From: Burkholderiales bacterium
GTDB lineage: Bacteria; Pseudomonadota; Gammaproteobacteria; Burkholderiales; Burkholderiaceae_D
Reading direction: 5' to 3'
NCBI GenBank assembly: GCA_043748965.1
Contig: JAYVEF010000206.1
Location: 630 to 64,629, forward strand
Length of the DNA: 64,000 nucleotides
The translations under genes were made by a program, and so were the position numbers. A model generated the notes under the pieces. That model saw only the letters and a list, made by a program, of their open reading frames with translations, made no database searches and had not been told where the DNA came from. Positions 28,587-39,535 of this stretch are shown here, one piece after another. The first letter of the stretch is position 1, and each line of letters starts with the position of its first letter.

Positions 28587-29629
28587 GGAACGATCGGCAA
28601 GATGAGTTGTGCCAGTGTGCCGACAGGCAGATTGGGCGTCAGCGTAAATGTCGCAGCGTCGCCGTGCAGAGCCTGCAGGCGTTCTCGTACATTGGCGACA
28701 CCAAGCTGGCTGGACGTGCCCACTGTGCAGTCGAGACCAATCCCGGTATCACTAACTAGCAGCGTCAGGGTGGCAATATTCTGGCGCGCGCTGACCATAA
28801 TTGTCCCGCCGTCCAGTTTCGGTTCGAGACCATGCTTGATAGCGTTTTCGACCAGCGGCTGCAGCAGCATCGGCGGCACAGTCACGTCGCGCAGTTCGTT
28901 CGGCAAATCCAGTCGATATGTCAGTCGCTTGCCCATTCGCACCGACATCAATTCCAGATACGCCCGCATCAGATCGAATTCGTGCGCCAGTGTGGTCGCG
29001 GCGGTGCGTGATGATGATAATGTCGCACGCAGATAGACAATCAGTTGATCGAGCAGAAGTTGCGCACGCACCGGATCGAGTGCGATCAGACCCTGCAAGT
29101 TGGCTAACGTATTGAACAGCATATGCGGCTCGATCTGGGCCTGCAGCATCTGCAGGCGCGCACGGGTCGCTTGCTGCTCAATGGCGGCAGTAGTGGCGTT
29201 CAGCCGTTCGAGCCGCGCCTGCGCCCAGAAAAACCAGGTTGAAAAGATGCTCGCCAGCACCGTCAAAATCACGATCCCTGCGTTCGCATGCAAATGATTA
29301 AGCCCGAAGTCACTGACCGGCAGATCAAGTAGCCCCGCAGCAATGGAACTGCCGAGCATGAACGCCAGCGGCGTAGCCACGGCGATCAACGCGGCGAAAC
29401 CGAATTTGGACGGTTTGCCATTGCTCCAGATCAGCCAGTAGCCAACTCGGATCAACAACATCGTGGCGCCACCGACAGAGAGTGAAAACACCATACTTTG
29501 CCAGAGTGTCGACTGCAACCGGATGACATACGTGACGATCACCGCACAGGCCGCGCAGATCAGAATTAGCGAGCCCATCGATCTTGCCGCAGCGACTGCT
29601 AGCGTCAGCAGCTTGCGCCGATCGATCAT
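28583..29629 (-). CDS. LytS-type sensor histidine kinase
   Basis: Four TMs; LQAQIEPHMLFNTL, LQPLVENAIKHG, DTGIG, GVANVRERL. Confidence 0.93.
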   Translation of the reverse strand: MIDRRKLLTLAVAAARSMGSLILICAACAVIVTYVIRLQSTLWQSMVFSLSVGGATMLLIRVGYWLIWSNGKPSKFGFAALIAVATPLAFMLGSSIAAGLLDLPVSDFGLNHLHANAGIVILTVLASIFSTWFFWAQARLERLNATTAAIEQQATRARLQMLQAQIEPHMLFNTLANLQGLIALDPVRAQLLLDQLIVYLRATLSSSRTAATTLAHEFDLMRAYLELMSVRMGKRLTYRLDLPNELRDVTVPPMLLQPLVENAIKHGLEPKLDGGTIMVSARQNIATLTLLVSDTGIGLDCTVGTSSQLGVANVRERLQALHGDAATFTLTPNLPVGTLAQLILPIVP

Positions 29630-30006
29630 CAGACCAGCCCCACCGAATGCCATAGTAACGAGCCAAGCCGACGAAAGGGTAGCAGCGTGAAAACACCGGC
29701 TACCAGCAGGCTGATATAGCTACCGCGCATGAAACGCAGATGGCGCTGCAGATTGTGGTGACGGATGGCATGTATGGCGATTACCATCGACACAATTGTC
29801 CAGACCGACAATAAATGAATCCATGAGAAATGGCCCTTGCTTTGCAGCCAGAATGAGCTGATGGCCGTGAGCAAAATCAGGCTGACCCAAATACGCCCGA
29901 GCAATCGGTGTCGCGTATTTCCTTTGGTTTGCGCCATCACGAACGCGCCGATCAAAACCGCTGACAGTGCGGCCGACAAATGGATCAAAATCAGGGGAGT
30001 AAACAT
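29629..30006 (-). CDS. DUF2306 family membrane protein
   Basis: IHL, KGNTRHRLLGRIW, FSWIHLLS, AGVFTLLP.R.L; TGATG coupling to the kinase. Confidence 0.85.
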   Translation of the reverse strand: MFTPLILIHLSAALSAVLIGAFVMAQTKGNTRHRLLGRIWVSLILLTAISSFWLQSKGHFSWIHLLSVWTIVSMVIAIHAIRHHNLQRHLRFMRGSYISLLVAGVFTLLPFRRLGSLLWHSVGLV

Positions 30007-30136
30007 GGCCGGGATCCTGTTGCAGTAACGATGCTCGTAGTATCGACGCAGCGGTACGCCGGCACCAGCAGCGTGCGATGAAATAGCGTTTGCCGTGCGC
30101 CAATGTGCATCGATACGGCGCCATTCGCAGACCATC

Positions 30137-31747
30137 TTAAAATCCCACTGCCTGGCCATCGCGACGCGCATCGCTGGCTGCCAGATAGCCGCTGTCCGAT
30201 GCATCGCCGAGTTTCCATATGAACTGCCCGGAGCCGAAGTCCATGTAACTGTCGGCCAGACTTTCGATGCGATGCCCGAGCGACGCGAGTTGACTGACCA
30301 CCTCGGCGCCAACGGTCGGTTCGACATCGACCGAGTATCCTTGGTTGACTTTCCAGCGCGGTGCGTCGCACGCTGCCTGCGGCTGCTGGCGATACACCAG
30401 CATTCGTACCAGCGCCTGCACATGGCCTTGCGGCTGCATGTTTCCGCCCATCACGCCGAAGCTCATTTGCGGCTTGCCGTCACGGCTTAAAAATCCCGGA
30501 ATGATCGTGTGAAACGGGCGTTTGCCCGGTGCCACGCAGTTCGGGTGCCGGCTGTCGAGCGAAAAGCAGTGACCGCGATTTTGCAGGCTGATGCCCGTGC
30601 CGGGCACCACGATGCCCGAACCGAAGCCCATGTAATTCGATTGAATGAAACTGACCATCATGCCGTTTTCATCGGCGGCAGTCAGATAGACGGTACCACC
30701 AAGCGGCGGCGTGCCGTGCGCAAAATCGCCGGCGTGCGAACGATCGATCAGGCGCGCGCGCGCTGCCAGATAGGCGGGATCGAGCAGGTCCTGTATCCGC
30801 ATTTGCGTCATGCTGTGCGCGTCGCCGACCCAGCGATAGGTGTCGGCGAATGCGAGTTTCATGGCTTCGATCTGGAGGTGCTGACTGGCTGCAGAATCCC
30901 GCGCAAGGTTAACAATGTCAAGGTGCTCCAGCATGCCCAGCGCCATCAATGCGGCAATGCCCTGGCCGTTGGGCGGAATCTGGTGTACGGTATGACCAGC
31001 GAAATCCTTTGAAATCGGTGCCACCCATTCGGGCGCATAGGTCGCAAGATCGGCGAGCGTCATCGCGCCACCGTGTCTGGCAGCGTGCGCCACCATCGCC
31101 TCGGCGAGTTCACCGCGATAAAACGCCTCGCCGCGACTTTCGGCAATCCGCGTCAGCGTGCGTGCTGCGTCCGCCAGCGTGAACAATTCGGCGATATGCG
31201 GTGCCCGCCCATGCGGCATGAAGGCTTCCGCAAAACCGGGCTGATGGCGCAGAAGGGGTATCGCCGCTGCCCATTTCTGCTGGACGATGGGAGATACCAG
31301 ATAGCCGCGCGCAGCCAGTTCGATGGCCGGTTCGAGCAACTCTGCGAAAGGCAGTTTTCCCAGTCTGTCCGATAGCGCTACCCAGCCGGCAACCGCGCCG
31401 GGTACCGTTACCGTGTCCCAGCCACGTGTGGGAAAGACCCCGCCGTGACGCTGCTTGAAATAGGCCGGTGTCCATGCCGCCGGCGCCGTACCGGACGCAT
31501 TCAGCCCCTGCAACGTCGCGCCGTCCCAGACCAGCGCAAACGCGTCGCTACCCAGGCCGCACGAGACCGGTTCGACGATCGTCAGCGCAGCCGCTGCGGC
31601 GATCGCCGCATCGACCGCGTTGCCGCCTTTTTGCAGCATGCGCAGCCCTGCCTGCGCCGCTAGCGGTTGTGATGTCGCCACGACATTGCGTGCCAGTACG
31701 GGCGCCCGCACAGAGGGGTAAGGATTGTCCCAGTCGAAGTCGATCAT
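30137..31747 (-). CDS. ggt: Gamma-glutamyltransferase family Ntn-hydrolase (HpxW/oxamate amidohydrolase-like)
   Basis: GGNAVDAAIA, TVPG, PPNGQG, catalytic Thr in GTVYLTAAD, KRPFHTIIP, MGGNMQPQGH; no signal peptide. Confidence 0.9.
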   Translation of the reverse strand: MIDFDWDNPYPSVRAPVLARNVVATSQPLAAQAGLRMLQKGGNAVDAAIAAAAALTIVEPVSCGLGSDAFALVWDGATLQGLNASGTAPAAWTPAYFKQRHGGVFPTRGWDTVTVPGAVAGWVALSDRLGKLPFAELLEPAIELAARGYLVSPIVQQKWAAAIPLLRHQPGFAEAFMPHGRAPHIAELFTLADAARTLTRIAESRGEAFYRGELAEAMVAHAARHGGAMTLADLATYAPEWVAPISKDFAGHTVHQIPPNGQGIAALMALGMLEHLDIVNLARDSAASQHLQIEAMKLAFADTYRWVGDAHSMTQMRIQDLLDPAYLAARARLIDRSHAGDFAHGTPPLGGTVYLTAADENGMMVSFIQSNYMGFGSGIVVPGTGISLQNRGHCFSLDSRHPNCVAPGKRPFHTIIPGFLSRDGKPQMSFGVMGGNMQPQGHVQALVRMLVYRQQPQAACDAPRWKVNQGYSVDVEPTVGAEVVSQLASLGHRIESLADSYMDFGSGQFIWKLGDASDSGYLAASDARRDGQAVGF

Positions 31748-31753
31748 GGGGGC

Positions 31754-32992
31754 TTAAACCACGCCGCGGGCGCGTAGCGCCGCCACATACGGTACGTCAT
31801 AGCCGAGCAATTCGCACAGGACTTCATCGGTATGCTGACCCAGCATCGGCGGTGCAATAGAGCACGTGGGGGGCGTCACCGAAAGGTGCATCGGACTGCC
31901 AACCAGTCGGGCTGCGACACCGAGCGGGTGCGGCACATCGATTTGCATGCCGCGTGCCAGTACTTGCGGATTTTTGAACACTTCATCCAGGTCGTTGATC
32001 GGACCACACGGCACCCCGGCGCGCTCAAGCAGGTCGATCCAGTACCGTTTTGGATGCGCCGCGATAAAGCCGGCGAGCAAGGGTATCAACAGATCGCGAT
32101 GGCGTACACGGGCGGGATTGGTCGCAAAGCGCACGTCGTCAGCCAGTTCCGGATACCCGGCGGCGCTGACGAATTTTTTAAACTGCCTGTCGTTGCCGAC
32201 CGCGACGATGATGTGACTGTCGCTGGTGGCGAATGATTGATACGGCACGATGTTCGGATGGGCGTTGCCCCAGCGCTGCGGTGCCGTGCCGCTGGCCAGA
32301 TAGTTGGTGCCCATGTTGGCCATCATCGCCACCTGCACATCGAGCAGCGCCATGTCGATGTACTGGCCTTCTCCGGTGCGGTCGCGATGACTGAGCGCTG
32401 CCAGCACCGCGATGGTGGCGTACATGCCGGTCATCAAATCGGTGATTGCTATACCGGCCTTTTGGGGCCCGCCGCCGGGCAGCGCGTCGCGCTCGCCGGT
32501 CACCGACATGAATCCGCCCATGCCCTGGATAATGAAGTCGTACCCTGCGCGTTGCGCGTACGGCCCGGTCTGGCCGAAGCCGGTAATGGAGCAGTACACC
32601 AGATCGGGTTTGATCAATTTGAGGGCGGCATGGTCGAGGCCGTATTTCTGCAACTGCCCGACTTTGTAATTTTCCAGCACGATATCGGACGTTGCCACTA
32701 ATGCCCGAATAATCTGCTGGCCCTCTGTGGTACTGATATCTACCGTGACCGAGCGTTTGCCGCGGTTGGCAGCGAGATAGTAAGCCGCCTCGCTGGTATC
32801 ACCACCATCGGCATCGCGCAGATAGGGCGGGCCCCACGCGCGCGTGTCGTCACCGGTACCGGGGCGTTCGATCTTGATCACGTCGGCGCCCAGATCGGCA
32901 AAATTTTGGGCGCACCACGGGCCGGCCAGTACTCGTGTCAGATCGAGAATGCGCAGGTGGCCGAGTGCAGTTTTAGCGGGACTGTTTGGCAT
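31754..32992 (-). CDS. CaiB/BaiF family CoA-transferase
   Basis: LDLTRVLAGP, DLGADVIKIERP, NRGKRS, GFGQTGP, GYD, PMLGQHT. Confidence 0.95.
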   Translation of the reverse strand: MPNSPAKTALGHLRILDLTRVLAGPWCAQNFADLGADVIKIERPGTGDDTRAWGPPYLRDADGGDTSEAAYYLAANRGKRSVTVDISTTEGQQIIRALVATSDIVLENYKVGQLQKYGLDHAALKLIKPDLVYCSITGFGQTGPYAQRAGYDFIIQGMGGFMSVTGERDALPGGGPQKAGIAITDLMTGMYATIAVLAALSHRDRTGEGQYIDMALLDVQVAMMANMGTNYLASGTAPQRWGNAHPNIVPYQSFATSDSHIIVAVGNDRQFKKFVSAAGYPELADDVRFATNPARVRHRDLLIPLLAGFIAAHPKRYWIDLLERAGVPCGPINDLDEVFKNPQVLARGMQIDVPHPLGVAARLVGSPMHLSVTPPTCSIAPPMLGQHTDEVLCELLGYDVPYVAALRARGVV

Positions 32993-33072
32993 TGCGTGCG
33001 GTGCTTTCGAAATTGGTTTGGATTCTTCAAATCGCCACTTTAAACTGGCTAGAACTTACAGGAGACATTTTC

Positions 33073-33843
33073 ATGACGACAATCTGGTCTTTTCCGCGGG
33101 TCGTAGCGCATCGCGGCGGCGGCACGCTAGCACCTGAAAACACTATCGCGGCGCTGCGTTGCGGTCTGGCCCACGGCTATCGCGCGGTTGAGTTTGACGT
33201 GATGTTAGCGCAGGATGGCGTGCCGGTGCTGATGCACGATGAACGGTTCGGTCGCACCGTCCCCGGATGCGGGTCGGTGGCGGGCACCTCCGCTGCTGCG
33301 TTGGCCGCAATGGATGCCGGCAGCTGGTTTGGCGCGATGTTCCAGAATGAAGCGGTGCCAACTTATCGTCAGGCGCTCGAATTTTGTCAGGCGCATCGGA
33401 TCTGGATGAATGTGGAGATCAAACCGGCCGCTGGATTCGAGCGCGCCACCGGAGAAGCGGTAGCGCGCATCACGCGTGGCGAGCTGGTACCGGGGCAGAT
33501 GCTCCCGCTGTTCTCGTCGTTTTCGCTGGAAGCGCTCGAAGCGGCTGCAGCCGGGGCACCGGCAATTGCGCGTGGCTTGCTGGTCGATAGAATTACGCCG
33601 GATTGGCCAGCGCGCCTGCATCAGGTCGATGCAACGGCGTTGCATGTGAATCAAAAACATTTGACACCGTTACTGGCGGCAGCGGTCAAGGCAGCCGGCT
33701 TCAGCCTGTTCTGCTACACCGTCAATACGGTTGAACGTGCCGGTGAACTGTTCGATTGGGGGGTGGACGGATTTTGTACCGACCGCATCGATCTGATCGC
33801 TGCTGATTTCGGCATGCGCCATCCTTCGGAGCAATCCGGTTGA
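33073..33843 (+). CDS. ugpQ: Glycerophosphodiester phosphodiesterase
   Basis: [32 protein letters not shown]. Confidence 0.92.
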   Translation: MTTIWSFPRVVAHRGGGTLAPENTIAALRCGLAHGYRAVEFDVMLAQDGVPVLMHDERFGRTVPGCGSVAGTSAAALAAMDAGSWFGAMFQNEAVPTYRQALEFCQAHRIWMNVEIKPAAGFERATGEAVARITRGELVPGQMLPLFSSFSLEALEAAAAGAPAIARGLLVDRITPDWPARLHQVDATALHVNQKHLTPLLAAAVKAAGFSLFCYTVNTVERAGELFDWGVDGFCTDRIDLIAADFGMRHPSEQSG

Positions 33844-33940
33844 GCGCTCAGCGCGCAGGCTCGGAGAAGGCGACGCATCACGTATAATCAGGCGCCCGCA
33901 GCATCGCATCCTGCACTATCTTTACCCCAACGCCCAAGCC

Positions 33941-36556
33941 ATGAAATCCACTGAAATCCGCGCAAGATTCCTCAAATTCTTTGAATCCAAAGGGCACACC
34001 ATCGTGCGCTCGAGCCCACTGATTCCGGGCAGTGATCCGACCATGTTGCTGACCAATAGCGGCATGGTGCAGTTCAAGGATGTATTTTTGGGAACCGACA
34101 GCCGTAGCTACTCGCGCGCGACATCAGTGCAGCGATGCGTGCGAGCCGGTGGTAAGCATAATGATCTGGAAAATGTCGGTTACACCGCGCGCCATCACAC
34201 GTTTTTTGAGATGCTCGGCAATTTCAGCTTTGGCGATTACTTCAAGCGCGACGCGATTCAGTACGCATGGGAATTGCTGACCCAAGTGTATCTGCTGCCC
34301 AAAGAAAAGCTCTGGGTCACCGTCTACCACGAAGACGACGAAGCATACGACATCTGGGCCAACGAAATCGGCATTCCGATCGAGCGCATTATCCGTATCG
34401 GCGACAACAAGGGTGCGCGCTACGCTTCGGATAATTTCTGGCAGATGGCCGACACGGGCCCCTGCGGGCCATGTAGCGAAATTTTTTATGATCATGGCCC
34501 AGAAATCTGGGGCGGCCCGCCGGGCAGCGCCGATCAGGACGGCGACCGGTATATCGAAATCTGGAACCTGGTGTTCATGCAGTTCAATCGCGACGAGCAA
34601 GGCAACATGCCGCGCCTGCCCAAACCCTGTGTCGATACCGGCATGGGTATGGAGCGACTGGCGGCAGTGCTGCAACATGTGCACAGCAATTATGAGATCG
34701 ATCTGTTTCAAAATCTGATCAAGGCCGCCGCGCGCGAGACCGGCTGCGCCGACCTGACCAATAACTCGCTCAAAGTGATCGCCGATCATATTCGGGCCTG
34801 TGCATTCTTGATTGTCGACGGCATCATTCCTGGCAGCGAAGGGCACGGCTATGTGCTACGCCGGATCATTCGTCGCGCGCTGCGACATGGGCATAAACTC
34901 GGCCAGACCAAACCGTTCTTTTACAAGCTGGTGGACGATCTGGTACTGGAAATGGGCGCCGCCTATCCGGAGCTGACCGATGCCGCAGCGCGGGTCGGGC
35001 AAGTCCTGAAGCAGGAAGAAGAACGCTTTGGCGAGACTCTCGAGCATGGCATGAAAATACTCGAAGCAGCATTGCTCGCGACGCCGACCCGCCTCGATGG
35101 CCAGACTGCGTTTGCGCTCTATGACACGTTCGGTTTTCCGCTCGATCTGACCGCGGACATTTGCCGTGAACGCAACGTCGAACTGGACGAAGCGGGTTTC
35201 GAGGGCGCGATGGAGCAGCAGCGCACGACCGCGCGCGCCGCCGGCAAATTCAAAATGGCTGCGGCGATGGAATATACCGGCGAGAAAACCCGATTTGTCG
35301 GCTATGACGGGCTTGACCAGGACAGCAGCGTTGTAGCGCTGTACGTCAACGGCAGCCCGGTGCAACATGTCGCAGCCGGGCAGGAGGCGGTGGTGGTACT
35401 GGGTGTGACACCGTTTTATGCCGAGTCAGGCGGTCAGGTCGGCGATACCGGATTGCTGATCGCCGCGGCTGCAGAATTTGTGGTCGTCGATACGCTTAAA
35501 ATTCAGGCCGACGTATTCGGTCATCATGGCACCTTGGCCAACGGTGTGCTGTCGGTGGGCGATAAGGTGGCAGCCCGTGTCGATGCGATCCACCGCGCCC
35601 ACACCATCCGTAATCACTCCGCCACGCACCTGATGCACAAGGCTTTGCGGGATGTGCTGGGTGGCCATGTTTCGCAAAAAGGGTCGCTGGTCGATGCCGA
35701 CAAGACGCGGTTCGACTTCAGTCACAATGGTCCGTTGAGTGTCGGTGAAATCCGCCAGGTCGAACAGATCGTCAATCGCGAAATTCTCGCCAATATGGCA
35801 ACCGAAGCGCGACTGATGTCCTATGACGCCGCGGTCGCGTATGGCGCGATGGCGTTGTTCGGCGAAAAATATGGTGACGAAGTGCGTGTGCTCGGAATCG
35901 GTAGCTCCAAGGAACTGTGTGGTGGCGTGCACGTCGCCCGCACAGGAGACATCGGTCTGTTCAAGATCGTCGCTGAAAGCGGCGTCGCGGCCGGGATTCG
36001 GCGCGTCGAAGCGGTGACGGGTGAAGGCGCCCTGACCCTGGTGCAGGGCCTCAGCCAGCGTGTCGACGAGGCTGCAGCGGCGCTCAAAACTCCACCCGAA
36101 GAACTGACCCAGCGCATCGGTCAGGTACAGGATCATGTACGCGTTCTCGAAAAAGAACTGGCGTTACTGAAATCAAAGTTGGCCTCCGGTCAGGGCGATG
36201 AGCTGTTAGCGCAAGCCGTCGATGTCAAAGGTATCAAGGTGCTGGCCGCAACGCTGGCTGGCGCCGATGTCACTGCCTTGCGCCAGACCATGGACAGACT
36301 CAAGGACAAGCTGAAAACCGCCGCGATCGTGCTGGCCGCCGTCAACGATGGCAAGGTCAGTCTGATCGCTGGCGTGACAGCGGATACGACTGATCGCGTC
36401 AAGGCCGGCGAATTGGTCAACTTTGTTGCCCAGCAGGTGGGCGGCAAGGGCGGTGGGCGGCCCGACATGGCGCAGGCGGGCGGAACCGATCCGTCTGGCC
36501 TCGCCGCGGCACTGACCGGTGTCGCGGGTTGGGTCGAAGCCAGGCTCCAGCCGTGA
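33941..36556 (+). CDS. alaS: Alanine--tRNA ligase
   Basis: [30 protein letters not shown], editing HSATH and [17 protein letters not shown]. Confidence 0.98.
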   Translation: MKSTEIRARFLKFFESKGHTIVRSSPLIPGSDPTMLLTNSGMVQFKDVFLGTDSRSYSRATSVQRCVRAGGKHNDLENVGYTARHHTFFEMLGNFSFGDYFKRDAIQYAWELLTQVYLLPKEKLWVTVYHEDDEAYDIWANEIGIPIERIIRIGDNKGARYASDNFWQMADTGPCGPCSEIFYDHGPEIWGGPPGSADQDGDRYIEIWNLVFMQFNRDEQGNMPRLPKPCVDTGMGMERLAAVLQHVHSNYEIDLFQNLIKAAARETGCADLTNNSLKVIADHIRACAFLIVDGIIPGSEGHGYVLRRIIRRALRHGHKLGQTKPFFYKLVDDLVLEMGAAYPELTDAAARVGQVLKQEEERFGETLEHGMKILEAALLATPTRLDGQTAFALYDTFGFPLDLTADICRERNVELDEAGFEGAMEQQRTTARAAGKFKMAAAMEYTGEKTRFVGYDGLDQDSSVVALYVNGSPVQHVAAGQEAVVVLGVTPFYAESGGQVGDTGLLIAAAAEFVVVDTLKIQADVFGHHGTLANGVLSVGDKVAARVDAIHRAHTIRNHSATHLMHKALRDVLGGHVSQKGSLVDADKTRFDFSHNGPLSVGEIRQVEQIVNREILANMATEARLMSYDAAVAYGAMALFGEKYGDEVRVLGIGSSKELCGGVHVARTGDIGLFKIVAESGVAAGIRRVEAVTGEGALTLVQGLSQRVDEAAAALKTPPEELTQRIGQVQDHVRVLEKELALLKSKLASGQGDELLAQAVDVKGIKVLAATLAGADVTALRQTMDRLKDKLKTAAIVLAAVNDGKVSLIAGVTADTTDRVKAGELVNFVAQQVGGKGGGRPDMAQAGGTDPSGLAAALTGVAGWVEARLQP

Positions 36557-37071
36557 GCGCCTATCAGTTTTGCCCGCTCTGCGCAGCACCCCTGATGCTG
36601 CAGACGAAGGCTGGGCGCGAACGGGTTAGCTGTCCGACCGGGCATTGGATCCACTGGGACAATCCGTTGCCGGTGCTGGCAGCGCTGGTGGAGATCGAAG
36701 GCCGTATTCTGCTGGCGCGCAATGCCGCGTGGCCGGAGCAACGCTTTGCGCTGGTGACCGGCTTCATGGAACGCGACGAAACTCCCGAGCAAGGCATCGC
36801 GCGCGAGCTCAAGGAAGAAACCAATTTGGACGCCGACGCCGTGACGCTGATCGGCGTGTATGAATTCATGCGCAAGAATGAAGTGGTCATTGCCTACCAT
36901 GTCAGAGCCTCCGGCGCGATTTGCCTTTCCGAAGAACTGGTGGAGTTTCGATTGATTGCACCAGAAAAGCTGCGACCCTGGCGTGCCGGCACCGGCCATG
37001 CGGTGGCGGACTGGATGCGCGGGCGGGGTTTACCGGTTACGTATGTCGATTTGCCCGAGCTTGCCTCATAA
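36553..37071 (+). CDS. Nudix hydrolase with N-terminal zinc-ribbon-like motif
   Basis: FCPLCA; Nudix box [23 protein letters not shown]; GTGA overlap with the alaS stop. Confidence 0.88.
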   Translation: MSAYQFCPLCAAPLMLQTKAGRERVSCPTGHWIHWDNPLPVLAALVEIEGRILLARNAAWPEQRFALVTGFMERDETPEQGIARELKEETNLDADAVTLIGVYEFMRKNEVVIAYHVRASGAICLSEELVEFRLIAPEKLRPWRAGTGHAVADWMRGRGLPVTYVDLPELAS

Positions 37072-37156
37072 GGCCGCGCGAGCGCGTCAAGATAATGCAA
37101 TTTTCCGGTAGAATTTGGGGCATGTAAGCAATCTCACCTGATGCGAGAGCAATGTC

Positions 37157-37384
37157 ATGGATTTCCACAAAGAGCTCGACGCACGCGGCCTGAACTGTCC
37201 GCTGCCTATACTGAAGACCAAGAAGGCCCTGTCAGACATGGTCAGCGGGCAGGTGTTGCGCGTCACGGCGACCGATCCGGGGTCGGTGCGGGATTTCCAG
37301 GCATTTGCCAAGCAGACCGGCAACGAGCTGGTTGAAATGGCGGACGAGAATAAAGAGTTTGTGTTTTTCATGCGGCGCAAATAA
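37157..37384 (+). CDS. tusA: TusA/SirA family sulfur-carrier protein
   Basis: LDARGLNCPLP, ATDPGS..DF. Confidence 0.88.
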   Translation: MDFHKELDARGLNCPLPILKTKKALSDMVSGQVLRVTATDPGSVRDFQAFAKQTGNELVEMADENKEFVFFMRRK

Positions 37385-37565
37385 CCTGAAGCAGCGCTGG
37401 CCCTGCCACCACCATCAGGCCATCCCGCAACCCGAATGGTCCGCGCGCGTGGACGGCCACGGCACACATTGGACAGAGGGGCCGGTGATCCAGCCCTCGC
37501 TGTCGCCGCAAGTTTTCACTCGGAATCGAAACATCATGTGTTTTAGTAGAATCCCTCCATCTATT

Positions 37566-37585
37566 AATAGAACGATCGTGCTAAA
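37566..37585. promoter_or_regulatory. Putative FadP (TetR-family) operator
   Basis: AATAGAACGATCGTGCTAAA near-palindrome upstream of etfB; resembles the betaproteobacterial FadP motif as I recall it. Confidence 0.55.
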
Positions 37586-37625
37586 TTTCTGACGGGTGTC
37601 ATAATCTCTTTTATAATCTGGTCTA

Positions 37626-37643
37626 GTTTACGTTAACGTCAAT
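37626..37643. promoter_or_regulatory. Putative LiuR (MerR-family) operator
   Basis: GTTTACGTTAACGTCAAT, a TTTACGTWWACGTAAA-like palindrome upstream of etfB. Confidence 0.65.
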
Positions 37644-37667
37644 TCGATTTTCTCAAAAGGCAGCGCT

Positions 37668-38420
37668 ATGAAAGTCCTGGTCCCAGTCAAACGCGTGGTG
37701 GATTACAACGTTAAGGTTCGTGTCAAATCAGACGGTTCCGGCGTCGATATTGCCAACGTCAAAATGTCGATGAATCCATTCGACGAGATCGCGGTGGAAG
37801 AAGCCATGCGACTGAAGGAAGCCGGCAAGGTAACGGAAGTGATCGTCGTGTCGTGCGGCGTACCGCAATGTCAGGAAACCTTGCGCACTGCAATGGCGAT
37901 TGGTGCAGATCGCGGCGTACTGGTGGAAACCGACGTAGAGCTGCAGCCGCTGGCTGTCGCCAAGTTGTTGAAGGCACTGGCCGATAAGGAACAGCCACAG
38001 TTGATCATTTTAGGCAAGCAGGCCATCGATGACGACTGCAATCAGACCGGCCAGATGTTAGCGGCATTGCTGGGCTGGCCGCAAGCCACGTTCGCCTCGA
38101 AAGTGGTGGTCGACGGCGACAAGGTCAATGTCACGCGGGAAGTCGATGGCGGGCTTGAAACCCTTTCGCTGACGCTACCTGCCATCATCACCACCGACTT
38201 GCGCCTGAACGAGCCGCGCTATGTGACGTTGCCGAACATCATGAAGGCCAAAAAGAAAATCCTGGAAGTCGTCAAGCCAGCTGATCTGGGGGTCGATGTG
38301 ACACCGCGTCTGAATACCTTGAAGGTTGTCGAACCACCAAAGCGTTCAGCCGGTATCAAGGTGCCGGACGTAGCCACGCTGGTTGCCAAGCTCAGGAACG
38401 AAGCCAAAGTCATTCAATAA
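37668..38420 (+). CDS. etfB: Electron transfer flavoprotein beta subunit
   Basis: [36 protein letters not shown]. Confidence 0.97.
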   Translation: MKVLVPVKRVVDYNVKVRVKSDGSGVDIANVKMSMNPFDEIAVEEAMRLKEAGKVTEVIVVSCGVPQCQETLRTAMAIGADRGVLVETDVELQPLAVAKLLKALADKEQPQLIILGKQAIDDDCNQTGQMLAALLGWPQATFASKVVVDGDKVNVTREVDGGLETLSLTLPAIITTDLRLNEPRYVTLPNIMKAKKKILEVVKPADLGVDVTPRLNTLKVVEPPKRSAGIKVPDVATLVAKLRNEAKVIQ

Positions 38421-38498
38421 CATTACGCCCAAAGCGCGGGCGCGCTGAATTCAGCGCTTCGGTCCCGCCGCGCCCCGGCAACTCACCAGGAAACCATC

Positions 38499-39428
38499 AT
38501 GGCTGCACTCGTCATTGCTGAACACGACAATACATCGTTAAAAGGAAGCACCTTGAATACCATCACCGCGGCTGCGCAATGCGGTGGCGAGGTACATGTT
38601 CTGATCGCCGGCCACAACTGCGCCGCTGTCGCGCAAGCCACCGCGCAGGTGGCAGGCGTTACCAAAGTGTTACTGGCCGACGCAGCCCCATTTGCTGACG
38701 GCCTGGCGGAAAACGTCGCCGAACAGGTGCTCGCACTGGCACCGGCGTATTCACACATTCTGGCGCCGGCCACCGCCTATGGTAAAAATATTGCGCCGCG
38801 TGTCGCCGCGCGGCTCGATGTGGGTCAGATTTCCGAAATCATCAAGGTCGATGCGGCCGATACGTTTGAGCGGCCGATCTATGCGGGCAATGCCATCGCC
38901 ACGGTCCAGTCGACCGATGCAGTCAAGGTGATTACGGTACGGACTACAGGTTTTGACCCGGCGGCAGGTGGCGGTTCTGCAGCCGTCGAGAACGTCGTCG
39001 CCGTGGCGGACTCCGGCAAGTCGGTATTCGTTTCGCGCGAATTGGCCAAGTCCGACCGGCCTGAACTGACTGCGGCCAAAGTGATCGTATCAGGCGGTCG
39101 GGGGGTAGGCTCGGCTGATAATTTCAAAATTCTGGAGCCGCTTGCCGATCGTCTGGGTGCGGCAATGGGTGCCTCGCGTGCCGCTGTCGATGCCGGCTAC
39201 GTACCGAACGACTGGCAGGTCGGCCAGACTGGCAAGATCGTCGCGCCGCAGTTATATATCGCGGTCGGAATTTCCGGTGCGATCCAGCATCTGGCCGGCA
39301 TGAAAGATTCCAAAACCATCGTTGCAATCAACAAGGATCCCGAAGCGCCGATTTTTTCAGTGGCGGATTACGGGATCGTCGGTGATCTGTTCGAAGTGGT
39401 GCCGCAACTTGTAACGGCGCTCGGCTAA
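38499..39428 (+). CDS. etfA: Electron transfer flavoprotein alpha subunit
   Basis: [41 protein letters not shown]. Confidence 0.97.
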   Translation: MAALVIAEHDNTSLKGSTLNTITAAAQCGGEVHVLIAGHNCAAVAQATAQVAGVTKVLLADAAPFADGLAENVAEQVLALAPAYSHILAPATAYGKNIAPRVAARLDVGQISEIIKVDAADTFERPIYAGNAIATVQSTDAVKVITVRTTGFDPAAGGGSAAVENVVAVADSGKSVFVSRELAKSDRPELTAAKVIVSGGRGVGSADNFKILEPLADRLGAAMGASRAAVDAGYVPNDWQVGQTGKIVAPQLYIAVGISGAIQHLAGMKDSKTIVAINKDPEAPIFSVADYGIVGDLFEVVPQLVTALG

Positions 39429-39535
39429 ATTTTATTTTTGCCGCAACAATTGCGGCAGCAACGGGCGGGGTCGCGGCCAACGGTGAATTCGTACCAGTTA
39501 GGCGCAGTCCCTGCGCGATTTTTTCGGAGTATTCC

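Noticed and set aside
30007-30423. Long upstream extension of the DUF2306 ORF
   Set aside because: Overlaps ggt in another frame; family similarity begins at ATG 30006.
38430-38480. GC-rich hairpin between etfB and etfA as a REP-like repeat
   Set aside because: Single copy in the window; more likely an mRNA stability element.
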